DNA of 64,000 nucleotides, taken from positions 57,926-121,925 of the IMG/VR virus record IMGVR_UViG_3300042309_002885, one strand, 5' to 3'. Each line of letters starts with the position of its first letter. Position 1 is the first letter of the stretch. Position numbers and translations under genes: made by a program. This document shows, in pieces, positions 36,454 to 46,325 of the stretch. The notes below the pieces were generated by a model. It did not search any database and was not told the origin of the DNA. It saw nothing but the letters and a program-made list of their open reading frames with translations. Source of the stretch: a virus.

Positions 36454-37770
36454 GTGAGTAAGCTAGATCTCGATTATTTTGAAAAGGTGCTATGTTATAG
36501 AGCTTTATTCGATACCACATATCTTTCAAGTATTGTTGATTATATAAAGCCATCGTATTTTAAAGATAAAGGTATCGCAGCGATCTTTGATATTATAACT
36601 AATTTTTACGAGCGTAGAAATAAACTACCTACGATAACAGAAGTAAAAACCTATCTTAATACAGAGGAATCCAAAAACTCTTTTATACAGCTTGTTAACT
36701 CGTTTAAAGATATAGATAAAAACATCGATAAAGATGAACTGTATGATAATACAGAAAGATTTTTAAAAGAAAAAGCCGTCTATATGACGATGCTTGATGT
36801 AGCAAGTGATATTGCAAGTGGTAATATTGACACATCCACGATTCTAGATAAAATAGAAAAAACATGTAATATAAATCTTGTAACTGATACAGGATTTGAC
36901 TTGTATAATGATATTGATTTATTAATTGATGATCTATGTAACGTTCAAAAATCTATTCCAAGTACGTGGCCGTGGCTAGATGAAGCTCTTAATGGTGGGT
37001 TTCATGAATCTGGACGCTCCTTATATGTTTTTGCAGGAGAGACGAATATAGGTAAGTCAATTTTTCTTGGAAATATTGCTTCTAACATAGCCAAACAGGG
37101 TAAAAATGTATTACTCGTAACGCTAGAAATGTCTGAACTTCTATACGCACGTCGTATTTGTACAAACGTTACCAAGATACCTTTAAATGATCTATCCATA
37201 CACTCTAAATCACTCAAGCAAGCAATTATTGAGCAGCAAAATAGTAACGCTGGTAGGATCTTTATTAAAGAATTTCCTCCCTCAACAATAACTCCCAATC
37301 AACTTAAAGCATTTGTTAAGAAGCTAACAGATACTGGTATTACTATACACGCTATCGTACTAGATTATCTAAATTTACTACATACAACAATCGGGTCAAA
37401 CTCATACGAGCGTATTAAGAACGTAACAGAGCAAGTACGAGCTATGTCCTATACATTTAATTGCCCTATCATATCTGCAACACAGTTAAACAGATCAGGA
37501 TTTAATACAGAAAATCCTGATCTTGCAACAATATCTGAGTCTGTTGGTCTTGCAGCTACCGCCGATGTAATTGTTTCGATATTTCAAAATGAAGAGGATC
37601 GAGATCTTGGGATTATACGATTAGGTATGATGAAAAATAGGTATGGTCCGAGAGGTCATACACAAGCAATGCGCATAGATTATACAACTCTTTCTATCTC
37701 GCAAGCAGAAAGCGAAGATCAAACTGCTGAAGATAGTGTATTTAGTACACTTCAAATGCTTGCAGGTTGA
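36454..37770 (+). CDS. 41: Replicative DnaB-like helicase gp41
   Basis: FAGETNIGKS, TLEMSE, IKEFP, VLDYLNL, SATQLNRSG, KNRYG; GTG start 7 nt after TATAAT. Confidence 0.92.
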   Translation: MSKLDLDYFEKVLCYRALFDTTYLSSIVDYIKPSYFKDKGIAAIFDIITNFYERRNKLPTITEVKTYLNTEESKNSFIQLVNSFKDIDKNIDKDELYDNTERFLKEKAVYMTMLDVASDIASGNIDTSTILDKIEKTCNINLVTDTGFDLYNDIDLLIDDLCNVQKSIPSTWPWLDEALNGGFHESGRSLYVFAGETNIGKSIFLGNIASNIAKQGKNVLLVTLEMSELLYARRICTNVTKIPLNDLSIHSKSLKQAIIEQQNSNAGRIFIKEFPPSTITPNQLKAFVKKLTDTGITIHAIVLDYLNLLHTTIGSNSYERIKNVTEQVRAMSYTFNCPIISATQLNRSGFNTENPDLATISESVGLAATADVIVSIFQNEEDRDLGIIRLGMMKNRYGPRGHTQAMRIDYTTLSISQAESEDQTAEDSVFSTLQMLAG

Positions 37771-37800
37771 TTAAACTGTCACGTTATATAAATATGTAGC

Positions 37801-38241
37801 GTGAATCGTACTCTACCCGGCAACCTAACTATACACGAAAAAATTAAAATTTTTCAGACAAATAGTGCTAATCTTACACACGAAGACCTAAATGAGATAA
37901 AATTATATTTACTCGAATATAAAGATAACCTTCAACAGATTCAATTTTTTGAGGGGGAAATAAAAAATAATAAGATTGTAAGCTGCTTTAGTGAGTCATA
38001 CCACGAAGAGTTAATTGAGCACATGAAAAAAAAATTAAATGCTGCAATCGTGATAATAGTAGTGTTATCAAAACAAGAAATACTTCTCAACAAGAATAAT
38101 AAATTATGTACTATCGACTTCATAAAATTATCTAAATTTCTCCTTAATACTGAGCATATTGACACAGAGCGAGAAACAATTAAGGGCGCCATATCAAGTA
38201 ACTTTCTCAAACTCACAAAACAGCTATCACCATGTTTGTAA
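37801..38241 (+). CDS. Hypothetical protein, possibly a degenerate DHHA1-like domain
   Basis: TATAAATA upstream; secondary-structure pattern resembles the C-terminal domain of DHH phosphoesterases but lacks GGGH. Confidence 0.45.
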   Translation: MNRTLPGNLTIHEKIKIFQTNSANLTHEDLNEIKLYLLEYKDNLQQIQFFEGEIKNNKIVSCFSESYHEELIEHMKKKLNAAIVIIVVLSKQEILLNKNNKLCTIDFIKLSKFLLNTEHIDTERETIKGAISSNFLKLTKQLSPCL

Positions 38242-38528
38242 CAACATCAATAGTAAACCCGTCACAAAATATTATAGACCGCGAAAGCGAGCATATACTA
38301 TTATCATTTTGCACAACAAGCACACTACTATATGGTAAAAAACTATCATTACAAAACGTCTTTATATTAATACTTGAGAATCCTGTATTGTGTACTACGC
38401 TTAAACAGCTCCTTGGAGTAGACTCAACATTTGAGGTTGTAAAAATATTTCTAGATTACGATCCCACCATTACAAAGAGTAAATACATAACTAAATACAT
38501 CAACAGTAAAAAAAATGGTATTAACTAA
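38232..38528 (+). CDS. Hypothetical protein
   Basis: Coupled ORF in operon. Confidence 0.55.
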   Translation: MFVTTSIVNPSQNIIDRESEHILLSFCTTSTLLYGKKLSLQNVFILILENPVLCTTLKQLLGVDSTFEVVKIFLDYDPTITKSKYITKYINSKKNGIN

Positions 38529-39180
38529 TTATGAGAAGCAAATATACAACGACTTTCTAGTTGCATCGCGTACCACTAAACATAAACCATTTAAAATACG
38601 GCAAGATTTTAGCAAGCTGCAGCCTAGCGTGTACTGCAATTTAAAAAAAATTAGTTCTTTTTTTCAAAGAAACGCGCAAATTAAACCAAAAGATTTTTTT
38701 TCTGCTCCTTACAAATACTACGGTGCAGAGGATTATTTTAGTCTCGAGTTTTTTAACACACCAAAAGCTATTCGGTGCTACTCTCTTTATTTAGAGCAGC
38801 GAGAGAGAGATGATCCCGACAATCAAGATAATATAGCAAGAAGTAAAGAGTGTTGTAAGTTTATATACAATTTTTGCATACAACATAACCTAACACTCAC
38901 GCAATATAAAACATATAACAACGGTACTACACCTGTAATATTGCAGCACTTGAGAGATCATAGCATAAACTTTTATACTATTCACGGCCTTGATTGTGAG
39001 CGGGTACTGCGTACCGTGGAAAGCAATCTTTTAGATTTTTTTATCAAGGACTTTTATAAAATACTTGACGAAACACGGTTAAATTTCCAGAAATCAACGC
39101 AACTAAAAGTTATAATTAGAAAAGCACTTAACATTGTTGAGGTTGAGCTCTTGAAAAAACAAACACATCTTATACAATAA
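38515..39180 (+). CDS. Hypothetical protein, candidate helicase loader (gp59-like by position and size)
   Basis: ~220 aa, Phe/Tyr/Lys-rich, immediately upstream of gp32; homology not established. Confidence 0.4.
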   Translation: MVLTNYEKQIYNDFLVASRTTKHKPFKIRQDFSKLQPSVYCNLKKISSFFQRNAQIKPKDFFSAPYKYYGAEDYFSLEFFNTPKAIRCYSLYLEQRERDDPDNQDNIARSKECCKFIYNFCIQHNLTLTQYKTYNNGTTPVILQHLRDHSINFYTIHGLDCERVLRTVESNLLDFFIKDFYKILDETRLNFQKSTQLKVIIRKALNIVEVELLKKQTHLIQ

Positions 39181-39201
39181 TAATATAACAAAAATAAAAT
39201 T

Positions 39202-40041
39202 ATGAGTACATTCAACAATACAATGTTTCAATCGATTAAAGACGCACTCTCAAAGGGCGATAATGAAAATAGCAACACTACATATACAGAGATACTTAAA
39301 ACAACCCCGGGTAATACTTATACGGTAAGACTTCTCCCATATTCTAAGGACCCTAAAAATACCTTCTTCCATTATTATAATCACGGGTGGGTTTCATTTG
39401 CTTCAGGTCAATACGTACAAGCTCTCTCCCCCATTACGTTTGGTGAAAGAGATCCAATTGCCGAAGAGAGGTTTCGTATTCTCAGGACCGGTACAGAGGA
39501 TGAAAAGGAAAAGGTTGCTGCTATTAAAAGACTTGAAAAGTATCTTGTAAATGTCTATGTAATCGATGATCCTTCAAATCCTGACAACAACGGTAAAGTA
39601 AAAATGTTACGTTACGGTAAACAGCTTCATAAAATTATTATGGAAGCCATTGAGGGAGAAGACGCTGAAGAATTTGGTCCGCGTATTTTTGATCTCGGTC
39701 AAAATGGCGTTAGCTTTAAAATTAAGTGTGAAAATCAGGGCGATTATCCTACCTATGTTTCTTCTAGATTTACCACTTCAGGTAGGATCAACATTAGTGA
39801 GGCTGAACAGCAAAAGATTTATGATAGTGCTTTCGACCTAACAAAGGTATTTACACTAAAATCATACGATGATTTGAAGCAGATGCTCGATGAACACTTT
39901 TATGTTAAAACTGAAACAACATCAGCACCTGTTAAATATAGTGATGATGCTCCAATTCCAACTTTTACAAAAAAAGAGGAGCCAAAGTATGTAGAAAGTA
40001 CGATTGATAGTGATATTGACGAACTTCTCAAGGACCTATAA
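39202..40041 (+). CDS. 32: Single-stranded DNA-binding protein gp32
   Basis: YTVRLLP, F.HYYNHG, P.T.GE.DPI, LVNVYVIDDP.NP.NNGKV....YGK, acidic tail DIDELLKDL. Confidence 0.9.
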   Translation: MSTFNNTMFQSIKDALSKGDNENSNTTYTEILKTTPGNTYTVRLLPYSKDPKNTFFHYYNHGWVSFASGQYVQALSPITFGERDPIAEERFRILRTGTEDEKEKVAAIKRLEKYLVNVYVIDDPSNPDNNGKVKMLRYGKQLHKIIMEAIEGEDAEEFGPRIFDLGQNGVSFKIKCENQGDYPTYVSSRFTTSGRINISEAEQQKIYDSAFDLTKVFTLKSYDDLKQMLDEHFYVKTETTSAPVKYSDDAPIPTFTKKEEPKYVESTIDSDIDELLKDL

Positions 40042-40043
40042 GT

Positions 40044-40445
40044 ATGACAGAAGAAGAAAAAAAAGCGATGATACAGTTTTTTGGTACTGTGCACGCACAA
40101 GCAAAGCAAACAGATCAAATGGTGGTTGGTTATACCAACCACCTAAGACCTATAAGCAAAGATATTCAAGGGCAACTCGAACAAGTCCTACACGCACCAG
40201 TGGACAATAGAGTGCAGTATGTTGAACCTACCTTTAATCAAGTAGTAACACCACCCCCGGTTAATGTTGATATTAACCATAGCGTATCTACTATAGACAA
40301 TATACAGCAAATTTCTTCAAGCAGCGCAAGCGAGACGATAAGCGATATACTTAAAGATATAAATAACAACTTGAGCAAAATTGCCTCAACACTTAATACT
40401 TATTGTAATGCACCTAAAAAAAGTAAAAATACTAAACAGGCCTAA
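40044..40445 (+). CDS. Hypothetical protein
   Basis: Coupled ORF after gp32. Confidence 0.55.
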   Translation: MTEEEKKAMIQFFGTVHAQAKQTDQMVVGYTNHLRPISKDIQGQLEQVLHAPVDNRVQYVEPTFNQVVTPPPVNVDINHSVSTIDNIQQISSSSASETISDILKDINNNLSKIASTLNTYCNAPKKSKNTKQA

Positions 40446-41142
40446 TTTTATAAAAGCTCTTGAAGCTATTTCGAAAATAAACGATTCCGCCATTCTCTCG
40501 TTTAAAGAAGCAGAAAACAAACAGATAACCTCTATTGCATCATCTGTAGATAATACAATGATTATCTACTGCGAGATGGGCGGTATTGAATCAGATTTTC
40601 GCGGTAATTTAAATATACCTGACATAAAAAAACTTGTACGTGTTTTAGATGCAATACAAGCAGACGAAGTGATTCTAACCATTAATAATAATAGTATAGA
40701 ATATACCGGTAAGACATCGAGATTTAAATATCATATGTATGAAGATGGATTTCTTGTACCGCCTACTATTAACATTAGTAAGGTGCAAGGATTTGCTTAT
40801 GATATAAATTTTACTCTCAAAAAAGATACAATACAATCAATAATAAGAGGAAGTGCCTTTGCAACCGATACAAATAAACTTTATCTATATACGTTAGATA
40901 ACAGGCTTAAGGGAGAGTTAACAGATAGATCACGACACAATACAGATGTTTTTGAACTTGATTTAGGTGAAGTTGCTTTCGATCTATCTCCTATCCCCTT
41001 TAATCTTGATAACATAAAATTAGTGTCTCTTGTTACAAATGATATTAGCTTTGGTATTAATACAAAATATGGCGTTTCTATTATTGATATACAAGATAGT
41101 GATATTAAATTAAAATATATACTAACATCACTAACACAATGA
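40408..41142 (+). CDS. 45: Sliding clamp gp45-like
   Basis: FIKALEAISKIND, NIPDIKKLV.VL, repeated PCNA-like beta-alpha pattern, ~245 aa; start uncertain. Confidence 0.65.
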   Translation: MHLKKVKILNRPNFIKALEAISKINDSAILSFKEAENKQITSIASSVDNTMIIYCEMGGIESDFRGNLNIPDIKKLVRVLDAIQADEVILTINNNSIEYTGKTSRFKYHMYEDGFLVPPTINISKVQGFAYDINFTLKKDTIQSIIRGSAFATDTNKLYLYTLDNRLKGELTDRSRHNTDVFELDLGEVAFDLSPIPFNLDNIKLVSLVTNDISFGINTKYGVSIIDIQDSDIKLKYILTSLTQ

Positions 41143-41471
41143 CAAATACAAAGCGCAATAAAATAACAACATTATCGTATTTCATTAAAAGGTTAAAAGA
41201 TAGTGGCTTTCTAGTGTGGAAAATTTGCAATATTTACCCGGAACATGACCCACGCAGATGGACAGTAATGGTAGATCCCGGCAATACTTCCGTCTTTATT
41301 ACATGCTTTGAAAATAAAAACTTCAAAAGCGAAAAGATGTTTGAGTTTAATGATGGAGGAATCCGCTTTCCGCGTAACTTTTCGTTAATAACAAACTCCA
41401 TGGAAGTAATTGTTACGACGTTGCTAGATAAGGGTGTTACGCAATTAAATAATACAACAAATGAAGCGTGA
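41139..41471 (+). CDS. Hypothetical protein
   Basis: Coupled ORF. Confidence 0.6.
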   Translation: MTNTKRNKITTLSYFIKRLKDSGFLVWKICNIYPEHDPRRWTVMVDPGNTSVFITCFENKNFKSEKMFEFNDGGIRFPRNFSLITNSMEVIVTTLLDKGVTQLNNTTNEA

Positions 41472-41745
41472 TGATAGAGATTCGTTTTCAGAAGATGAAA
41501 TAAAAAACCTTATACGTGAAGCGCTTAAGGTTAATATTGAAGATAAAAAAGCAGCTGTAAGTAAATTAAAAATAGATACAGCTCTTATATCAACTGTAAA
41601 AGAGTTTCTTAATACGTTTGCTATTATAGGTTACGATCTTAGCGGCGAACCGGTTGTTTTAAAATACGCAAAATCTCAAATGGAGAAGGATGCTCTAAAT
41701 ACTATTATTATGAAATACTTAACGTATGTCATGTATGAAGGTTAA
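41461..41745 (+). CDS. Hypothetical protein
   Basis: Coupled ORF. Confidence 0.6.
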   Translation: MKRDDRDSFSEDEIKNLIREALKVNIEDKKAAVSKLKIDTALISTVKEFLNTFAIIGYDLSGEPVVLKYAKSQMEKDALNTIIMKYLTYVMYEG

Positions 41746-42055
41746 GAGTTTAATAAGACCTGGTGATATATATGCAGTACATACCGGAGCATACGCCGGT
41801 GAAATGCTGCTATGTATAAAAGTTAACAAGGCAGCGTATTGTTTCTTATCTATACCAAATTTAATTAACAGGGATATAGATATACCAGTTGTTAATAATG
41901 CAATTGAGACTAAAATTATACAGTATATAGAAAATGTCCCAAAATTTGTGCTCAAAACAAGTACGGAGCAATATAAACATAATGAAAAAGCTAATAATAG
42001 ACGGAAACAACCTAATACACAGAACGTATTGGGTGGCAAAGACTCAATCAGCTAA
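41726..42055 (+). CDS. Hypothetical protein
   Basis: Coupled ORF. Confidence 0.5.
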   Translation: MSCMKVKSLIRPGDIYAVHTGAYAGEMLLCIKVNKAAYCFLSIPNLINRDIDIPVVNNAIETKIIQYIENVPKFVLKTSTEQYKHNEKANNRRKQPNTQNVLGGKDSIS

Positions 42056-42860
42056 AGCTGGATTCAGTTGCATAGAAAAAATTAACAATTTACATATATA
42101 TTTTACACTAAATGCAATATTTTCGTATGTATCACAATTTGCACCATCTGACATATTTGTTGTTTGGGATGAAAAGCCAGATTATCGTGAAAATCTACGT
42201 AAAAAAGAATTTTTAGATTATAAGAATAATAGAAGTAGTGATATTTCACCACATCAAAACAATCAAATTATAAAGGATATACTAAAACACATAGGTGTTG
42301 TGTCAATTTTTCCGAGAGATCTTGAGGCTGATGATGTTGTATCTTTTATATGTAGAAAGTTTCTTGTAGACTATAAAAATACAATAATATCTGCCGATAA
42401 AGATTTTCTACAACTTGTAAATAAGGATACATCTCTATACGACCCTATACGAAAGTTTGAATATAATGATAAGACATTTAAGGAGAAGACAGGGTTCGAA
42501 AACACTGTTGATTGGCTTAATGTAAAATGTCTTCTAGGAGATAAATCGGATAACGTCCCCGGTATACCCAAGTTTACTAAGCGTAAGGTTGATCTTTTTC
42601 TTAAAAAGAATATAATTTTAACAGAGGGGGAACGGCATATTTTTAACAGAAACTACGATCTATTTAACCTATCACGAATCGATACATTATACGAAGAGCA
42701 AGAATATTATTTTAGTCAATTACAACAAAAAAGAGAAGATAATTGGAAGGCCTTTGTTGACGAATGTACAACGCGGCAATTTAATAATATATTAAAGAAA
42801 CGCGAAGCGTGGTATAGCCTCTTTTTTCTTAAAAATAAACTTAAAGAACTCTTTGTATGA
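41982..42860 (+). CDS. rnh: RNase H / 5'-3' flap exonuclease (T4 rnh-like)
   Basis: LIIDGNNL, VWD, YK.NR, EADD, ISADKDFLQL, GDKSDNVPGI. Confidence 0.9.
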   Translation: MKKLIIDGNNLIHRTYWVAKTQSAKAGFSCIEKINNLHIYFTLNAIFSYVSQFAPSDIFVVWDEKPDYRENLRKKEFLDYKNNRSSDISPHQNNQIIKDILKHIGVVSIFPRDLEADDVVSFICRKFLVDYKNTIISADKDFLQLVNKDTSLYDPIRKFEYNDKTFKEKTGFENTVDWLNVKCLLGDKSDNVPGIPKFTKRKVDLFLKKNIILTEGERHIFNRNYDLFNLSRIDTLYEEQEYYFSQLQQKREDNWKAFVDECTTRQFNNILKKREAWYSLFFLKNKLKELFV

Positions 42861-43903
42861 TTGCAATACCTAGTGAATATATTGTAGAAAAATTCTTCGA
42901 ATATGTTTATCAACCCAGGTATAACAAATATAACAACACATATCAAGGGGGGTGCTGTATTTGTAAAGAGGGAGGCTCGCTCGGTAAAAAAAGACGGTGT
43001 TATTATATACCAAAAAATGATAATATATTTTGTCATAATTGCGGCTGGTCTAGTAAGCCTTTTAAATGGGTAAAGGAGGTTACAGGTAAAACTGATATAG
43101 ATATTATTAACGATATAAAAGAATATGACACTACAACAGCAGCACCTATTCACATACCAACTGAAATAAGCCCTAAGCAACAGAGTAAGACTTTACCTGA
43201 TGATTGTATAAATTTGTTCGACCCTACACAGTTAAATTTTTACAAAGAAAACCTGATAGTTCAAAGCTGTATTAAAATTATTCAACATCGCCGACTTGAT
43301 ACCGCAATTAATAGGCCAGAAAAACTATTTATATCGTTAACAGATACCGTACATAAAAACAGACTCATTATACCGTTTATAAACGAATCTAATGAAATTG
43401 AATTCTATCAATCTCGATCTATCACCACACAAGATATTAAAACGAGACCGAAATATATATCACGTATAAATGCTGAAAAAACACTCTTTAATATAAACAA
43501 AATTAGCGGAGAATACAATTATGTATTTATTTTTGAAGGACCTTTAAACGCTTTCTTTACACGAAATAGCGTTGCTGTTGCAGGTATAACAGAAAGGGGG
43601 CAGACATCCTTTACAAAACGACAGCAAGAGCAAATCGACAGTGTTCTTGCATGGTATAAAAAAGTGTGGGTTTTAGATAGTCAATGGCTAGATAACGCAT
43701 CACTCTCAAAGACAGAAATTCTCCTAAAAAATAATGAGGCAGTTTTTATATGGCCAGAGCAAATAGGCACGAAATACAAAGACTTTAATGATTTGTGTAT
43801 AGCAGGTAAAAGAGATGAAATTACGCATGGCTTTATACTAAAAAACACCTTCAGCGGACTTGAAGGTGTTTTTAGACTTGCAAATATTAAAAATAAACGT
43901 TAA
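42857..43903 (+). CDS. 61: DNA primase gp61
   Basis: CCIC...CHNC zinc domain, RLIIPF, YQSR, FEGPLNA, LD...D TOPRIM, KDFND. Confidence 0.92.
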   Translation: MIAIPSEYIVEKFFEYVYQPRYNKYNNTYQGGCCICKEGGSLGKKRRCYYIPKNDNIFCHNCGWSSKPFKWVKEVTGKTDIDIINDIKEYDTTTAAPIHIPTEISPKQQSKTLPDDCINLFDPTQLNFYKENLIVQSCIKIIQHRRLDTAINRPEKLFISLTDTVHKNRLIIPFINESNEIEFYQSRSITTQDIKTRPKYISRINAEKTLFNINKISGEYNYVFIFEGPLNAFFTRNSVAVAGITERGQTSFTKRQQEQIDSVLAWYKKVWVLDSQWLDNASLSKTEILLKNNEAVFIWPEQIGTKYKDFNDLCIAGKRDEITHGFILKNTFSGLEGVFRLANIKNKR

Positions 43904-44325
43904 ACGTATTTTAACGATGTGTTGTTAGATTGCGCTAAAAACCCTTTAAATGATTCTGCGAGCGCTGCTAGTTCAGTTGCAACACGTGCTATTTTACGTT
44001 GCTCAGATTGCTTCATTTTGTCGAAAAGTGTATCAGGTTCTGCGTTAGAAAGTGCAGTTTGTATTGATGACTCTGTACCATTTAACTCTTGAAGAAACTC
44101 TTCCATCGAGCTAATCCATTCTCTTAATTGAGATACCATAACTGCTTCACGTTCTGATAAAGCACGTGAGACAGCTGCATTTGGATCATCAGAACTAGGT
44201 GTAGTATCAAGATCAGTATCAAAAGCATCCTCTGGTGTACCTTTATCAAGCGTGGATACCATTGCCGCTCTATCTTCGTCTTGTTCTTTTAATACTTTAA
44301 AAAATCTATTTTCGAATTTAGTCAT
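43900..44325 (-). CDS. Hypothetical late protein
   Basis: AATAAATA 5 nt before the ATG; N-terminus MTKFENRFFKVLKEQ. Confidence 0.65.
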   Translation of the reverse strand: MTKFENRFFKVLKEQDEDRAAMVSTLDKGTPEDAFDTDLDTTPSSDDPNAAVSRALSEREAVMVSQLREWISSMEEFLQELNGTESSIQTALSNAEPDTLFDKMKQSEQRKIARVATELAALAESFKGFLAQSNNTSLKYV

Positions 44326-44358
44326 ACCTTTATTTATTCGTTTGCATAAATATTTACA

Positions 44359-44691
44359 ATGTATAATACAAATTCTTCCCCAAATACATCCATGCTACAG
44401 GCTACACCTGCGCTAGATATGGAGATAGGCGATCAGCTTAAACGACACAAGAAAGAAGAACAAGAAACACACGGTGCTCCTGATGTTATACCCTTCACGC
44501 TAGATTCTGCTAAAGAACATATATTTCAAGTATATGTACCACTATCTAAATTAAGAGATCAACTCGTTGCAACAAAAGATGAGCCAAAACGAGATAAAGC
44601 TGCATTAGATAGTGCAATTAGTATTATAGATAAAATACATGATATGTTAGTTTTCAGTATACCTCGTGAGCTTGATAAATTAAAATTATAA
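44359..44691 (+). CDS. Hypothetical late protein
   Basis: CATAAATA 6 nt before the ATG. Confidence 0.6.
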   Translation: MYNTNSSPNTSMLQATPALDMEIGDQLKRHKKEEQETHGAPDVIPFTLDSAKEHIFQVYVPLSKLRDQLVATKDEPKRDKAALDSAISIIDKIHDMLVFSIPRELDKLKL

Positions 44692-44705
44692 GTTATTATT
44701 AGTAA

Positions 44706-45110
44706 ATGAACTATCGTTTTATCATACCGCTATTAATAACAATTCTTGTTAGTTTAGGTATAGGCTACATGCTTTCTGACTTTATTAGCTTATGGAAGGG
44801 TGTTGTAGGGGGTATCATAGTACAATTTATTTTACGCTATATTGTCGATGCAATAAAAATTAAAACACAGCCTGTAGATAATACAGATGCTATCCAGGAC
44901 ATAATTGATACACAAACAGTACCCATTACGTGTCCGTGTGGTAAAAACACTTTCTTCGCACCCGTTTTTCATAATAAAGAAAATAACTTTCAGTGTGAGA
45001 AATGCGGTAGTAGGTTTAGAGCCGAAATTAATATAGATACTATTTTACTAACAGAACCTGTTAATTTACAAAACGCTTTCGATCATCTAAAACGAAAGGA
45101 ACTTTCATAA
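44706..45110 (+). CDS. Two-TM membrane protein with C-terminal zinc ribbon
   Basis: Two hydrophobic helices, then CPCG...CEKC. Confidence 0.65.
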   Translation: MNYRFIIPLLITILVSLGIGYMLSDFISLWKGVVGGIIVQFILRYIVDAIKIKTQPVDNTDAIQDIIDTQTVPITCPCGKNTFFAPVFHNKENNFQCEKCGSRFRAEINIDTILLTEPVNLQNAFDHLKRKELS

Positions 45111-45120
45111 AATAATATAT

Positions 45121-45363
45121 ATGAAAGAATATAAATTTGATCTTAAGAACGGTAAAACAGTAACGATGGATATCGATGAACTCACCCGGTGGGCGTGTCT
45201 AATCGAGGGTATTGAGCAAGTATCACGAAAGTGTGAGCAGTTAGGTGTAAGTACAGAAGGCGACGAGTGGATAAAGCCGCTCGCTTTTCAAAAATATGTT
45301 GAAGAAAGATTTCATTCAATGAAGCACGATCTCACTGTAGAGACAATAATGGGTCGCCTGTAA
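45121..45363 (+). CDS. Hypothetical protein
   Basis: 80-aa ORF in operon orientation. Confidence 0.6.
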   Translation: MKEYKFDLKNGKTVTMDIDELTRWACLIEGIEQVSRKCEQLGVSTEGDEWIKPLAFQKYVEERFHSMKHDLTVETIMGRL

Positions 45364-45389
45364 TGGTATATGTAAAGATACTTACCATT
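45362..45389. terminator. Possible hairpin between convergent genes
   Basis: AATGGTA...TACCATT inverted repeat, with no U-tract. Confidence 0.25.
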
Positions 45390-46295
45390 CTATATTTGCG
45401 TTACCTCAATAGGGCCGCTGTTTTCAATTACACCCTTACAATTGCATCCTTTTGTTGGTTTAGAAAAGATCTCTATAACTTCACGGCGAATGGCTTCTTT
45501 TGTATCCTCTGTGAGCGATGTTTCAAACGCAATTTCTACATCGTCGATATCTAAGCCGAGCTCTACACGCCCTAGGAGATAGTTGCGATATCTATCCTCT
45601 AGAGTATTAGGGTACGGTACTGTTACTCTACTAAATCTATGCAACCAACCTAAAAACGGAAGACACATAACCTTTTTACCGTTAAGTCTGAATTTATCGT
45701 GTATATACATTTCTTCACCACCAAATCCCCGAAATTCAGGGTTAAACCCTAACCAGTGATCTTTTCTACAGGAAAATAAACCTAAGCCTTGACCTTCAAT
45801 TTCGAAAGGATCAGAAGAGCTATCTTTATAGCTAAACGTATCTGTGTCCCACTGACCATACATATGTGCACCCCAGTTGCGATTAAAATGAGTGCTTACA
45901 TTATTAAATGTATCATATATAAGGGGACCATGGAGCAGATTACCTTCGTCATGCCCAGCTTCGTAGAAGTCGATAAGTTTTTTGATAGAGCCTGGCTCTA
46001 AAAGTATATGGCAGTCAATAACAAGTACATAGGGTGTATCAGTAACCTCAAATATTTTATTACGTAAAGAGGTACCTGAGTACTTATCAAAATCTAAATA
46101 CTTAAATGGCTCAGTAACAGAGCTAAACATAAACTCCCTTACAAGCTCTCCTGCTGCTGACTTTGGGTTATTGTTAATAACGACAAACTCTATATCATCT
46201 AGCACCTCTTTGTGAAACATTCTTATAGCTTGGATGGTGAAGTACACACCATCAAAATCATCATATACACACATACCGATTGTAAGCTTGCTCAT
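45390..46295 (-). CDS. Glycosyltransferase, GT2-like (orphan)
   Basis: IGMCVYDD, VINNNP, YVLVIDCHILL, GLGLFSCRK, F.GFGGEE, WLHRF. Confidence 0.8.
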   Translation of the reverse strand: MSKLTIGMCVYDDFDGVYFTIQAIRMFHKEVLDDIEFVVINNNPKSAAGELVREFMFSSVTEPFKYLDFDKYSGTSLRNKIFEVTDTPYVLVIDCHILLEPGSIKKLIDFYEAGHDEGNLLHGPLIYDTFNNVSTHFNRNWGAHMYGQWDTDTFSYKDSSSDPFEIEGQGLGLFSCRKDHWLGFNPEFRGFGGEEMYIHDKFRLNGKKVMCLPFLGWLHRFSRVTVPYPNTLEDRYRNYLLGRVELGLDIDDVEIAFETSLTEDTKEAIRREVIEIFSKPTKGCNCKGVIENSGPIEVTQI

Positions 46296-46325
46296 ACCTT
46301 TATTTACAAGCAGTGTATATAAAAA

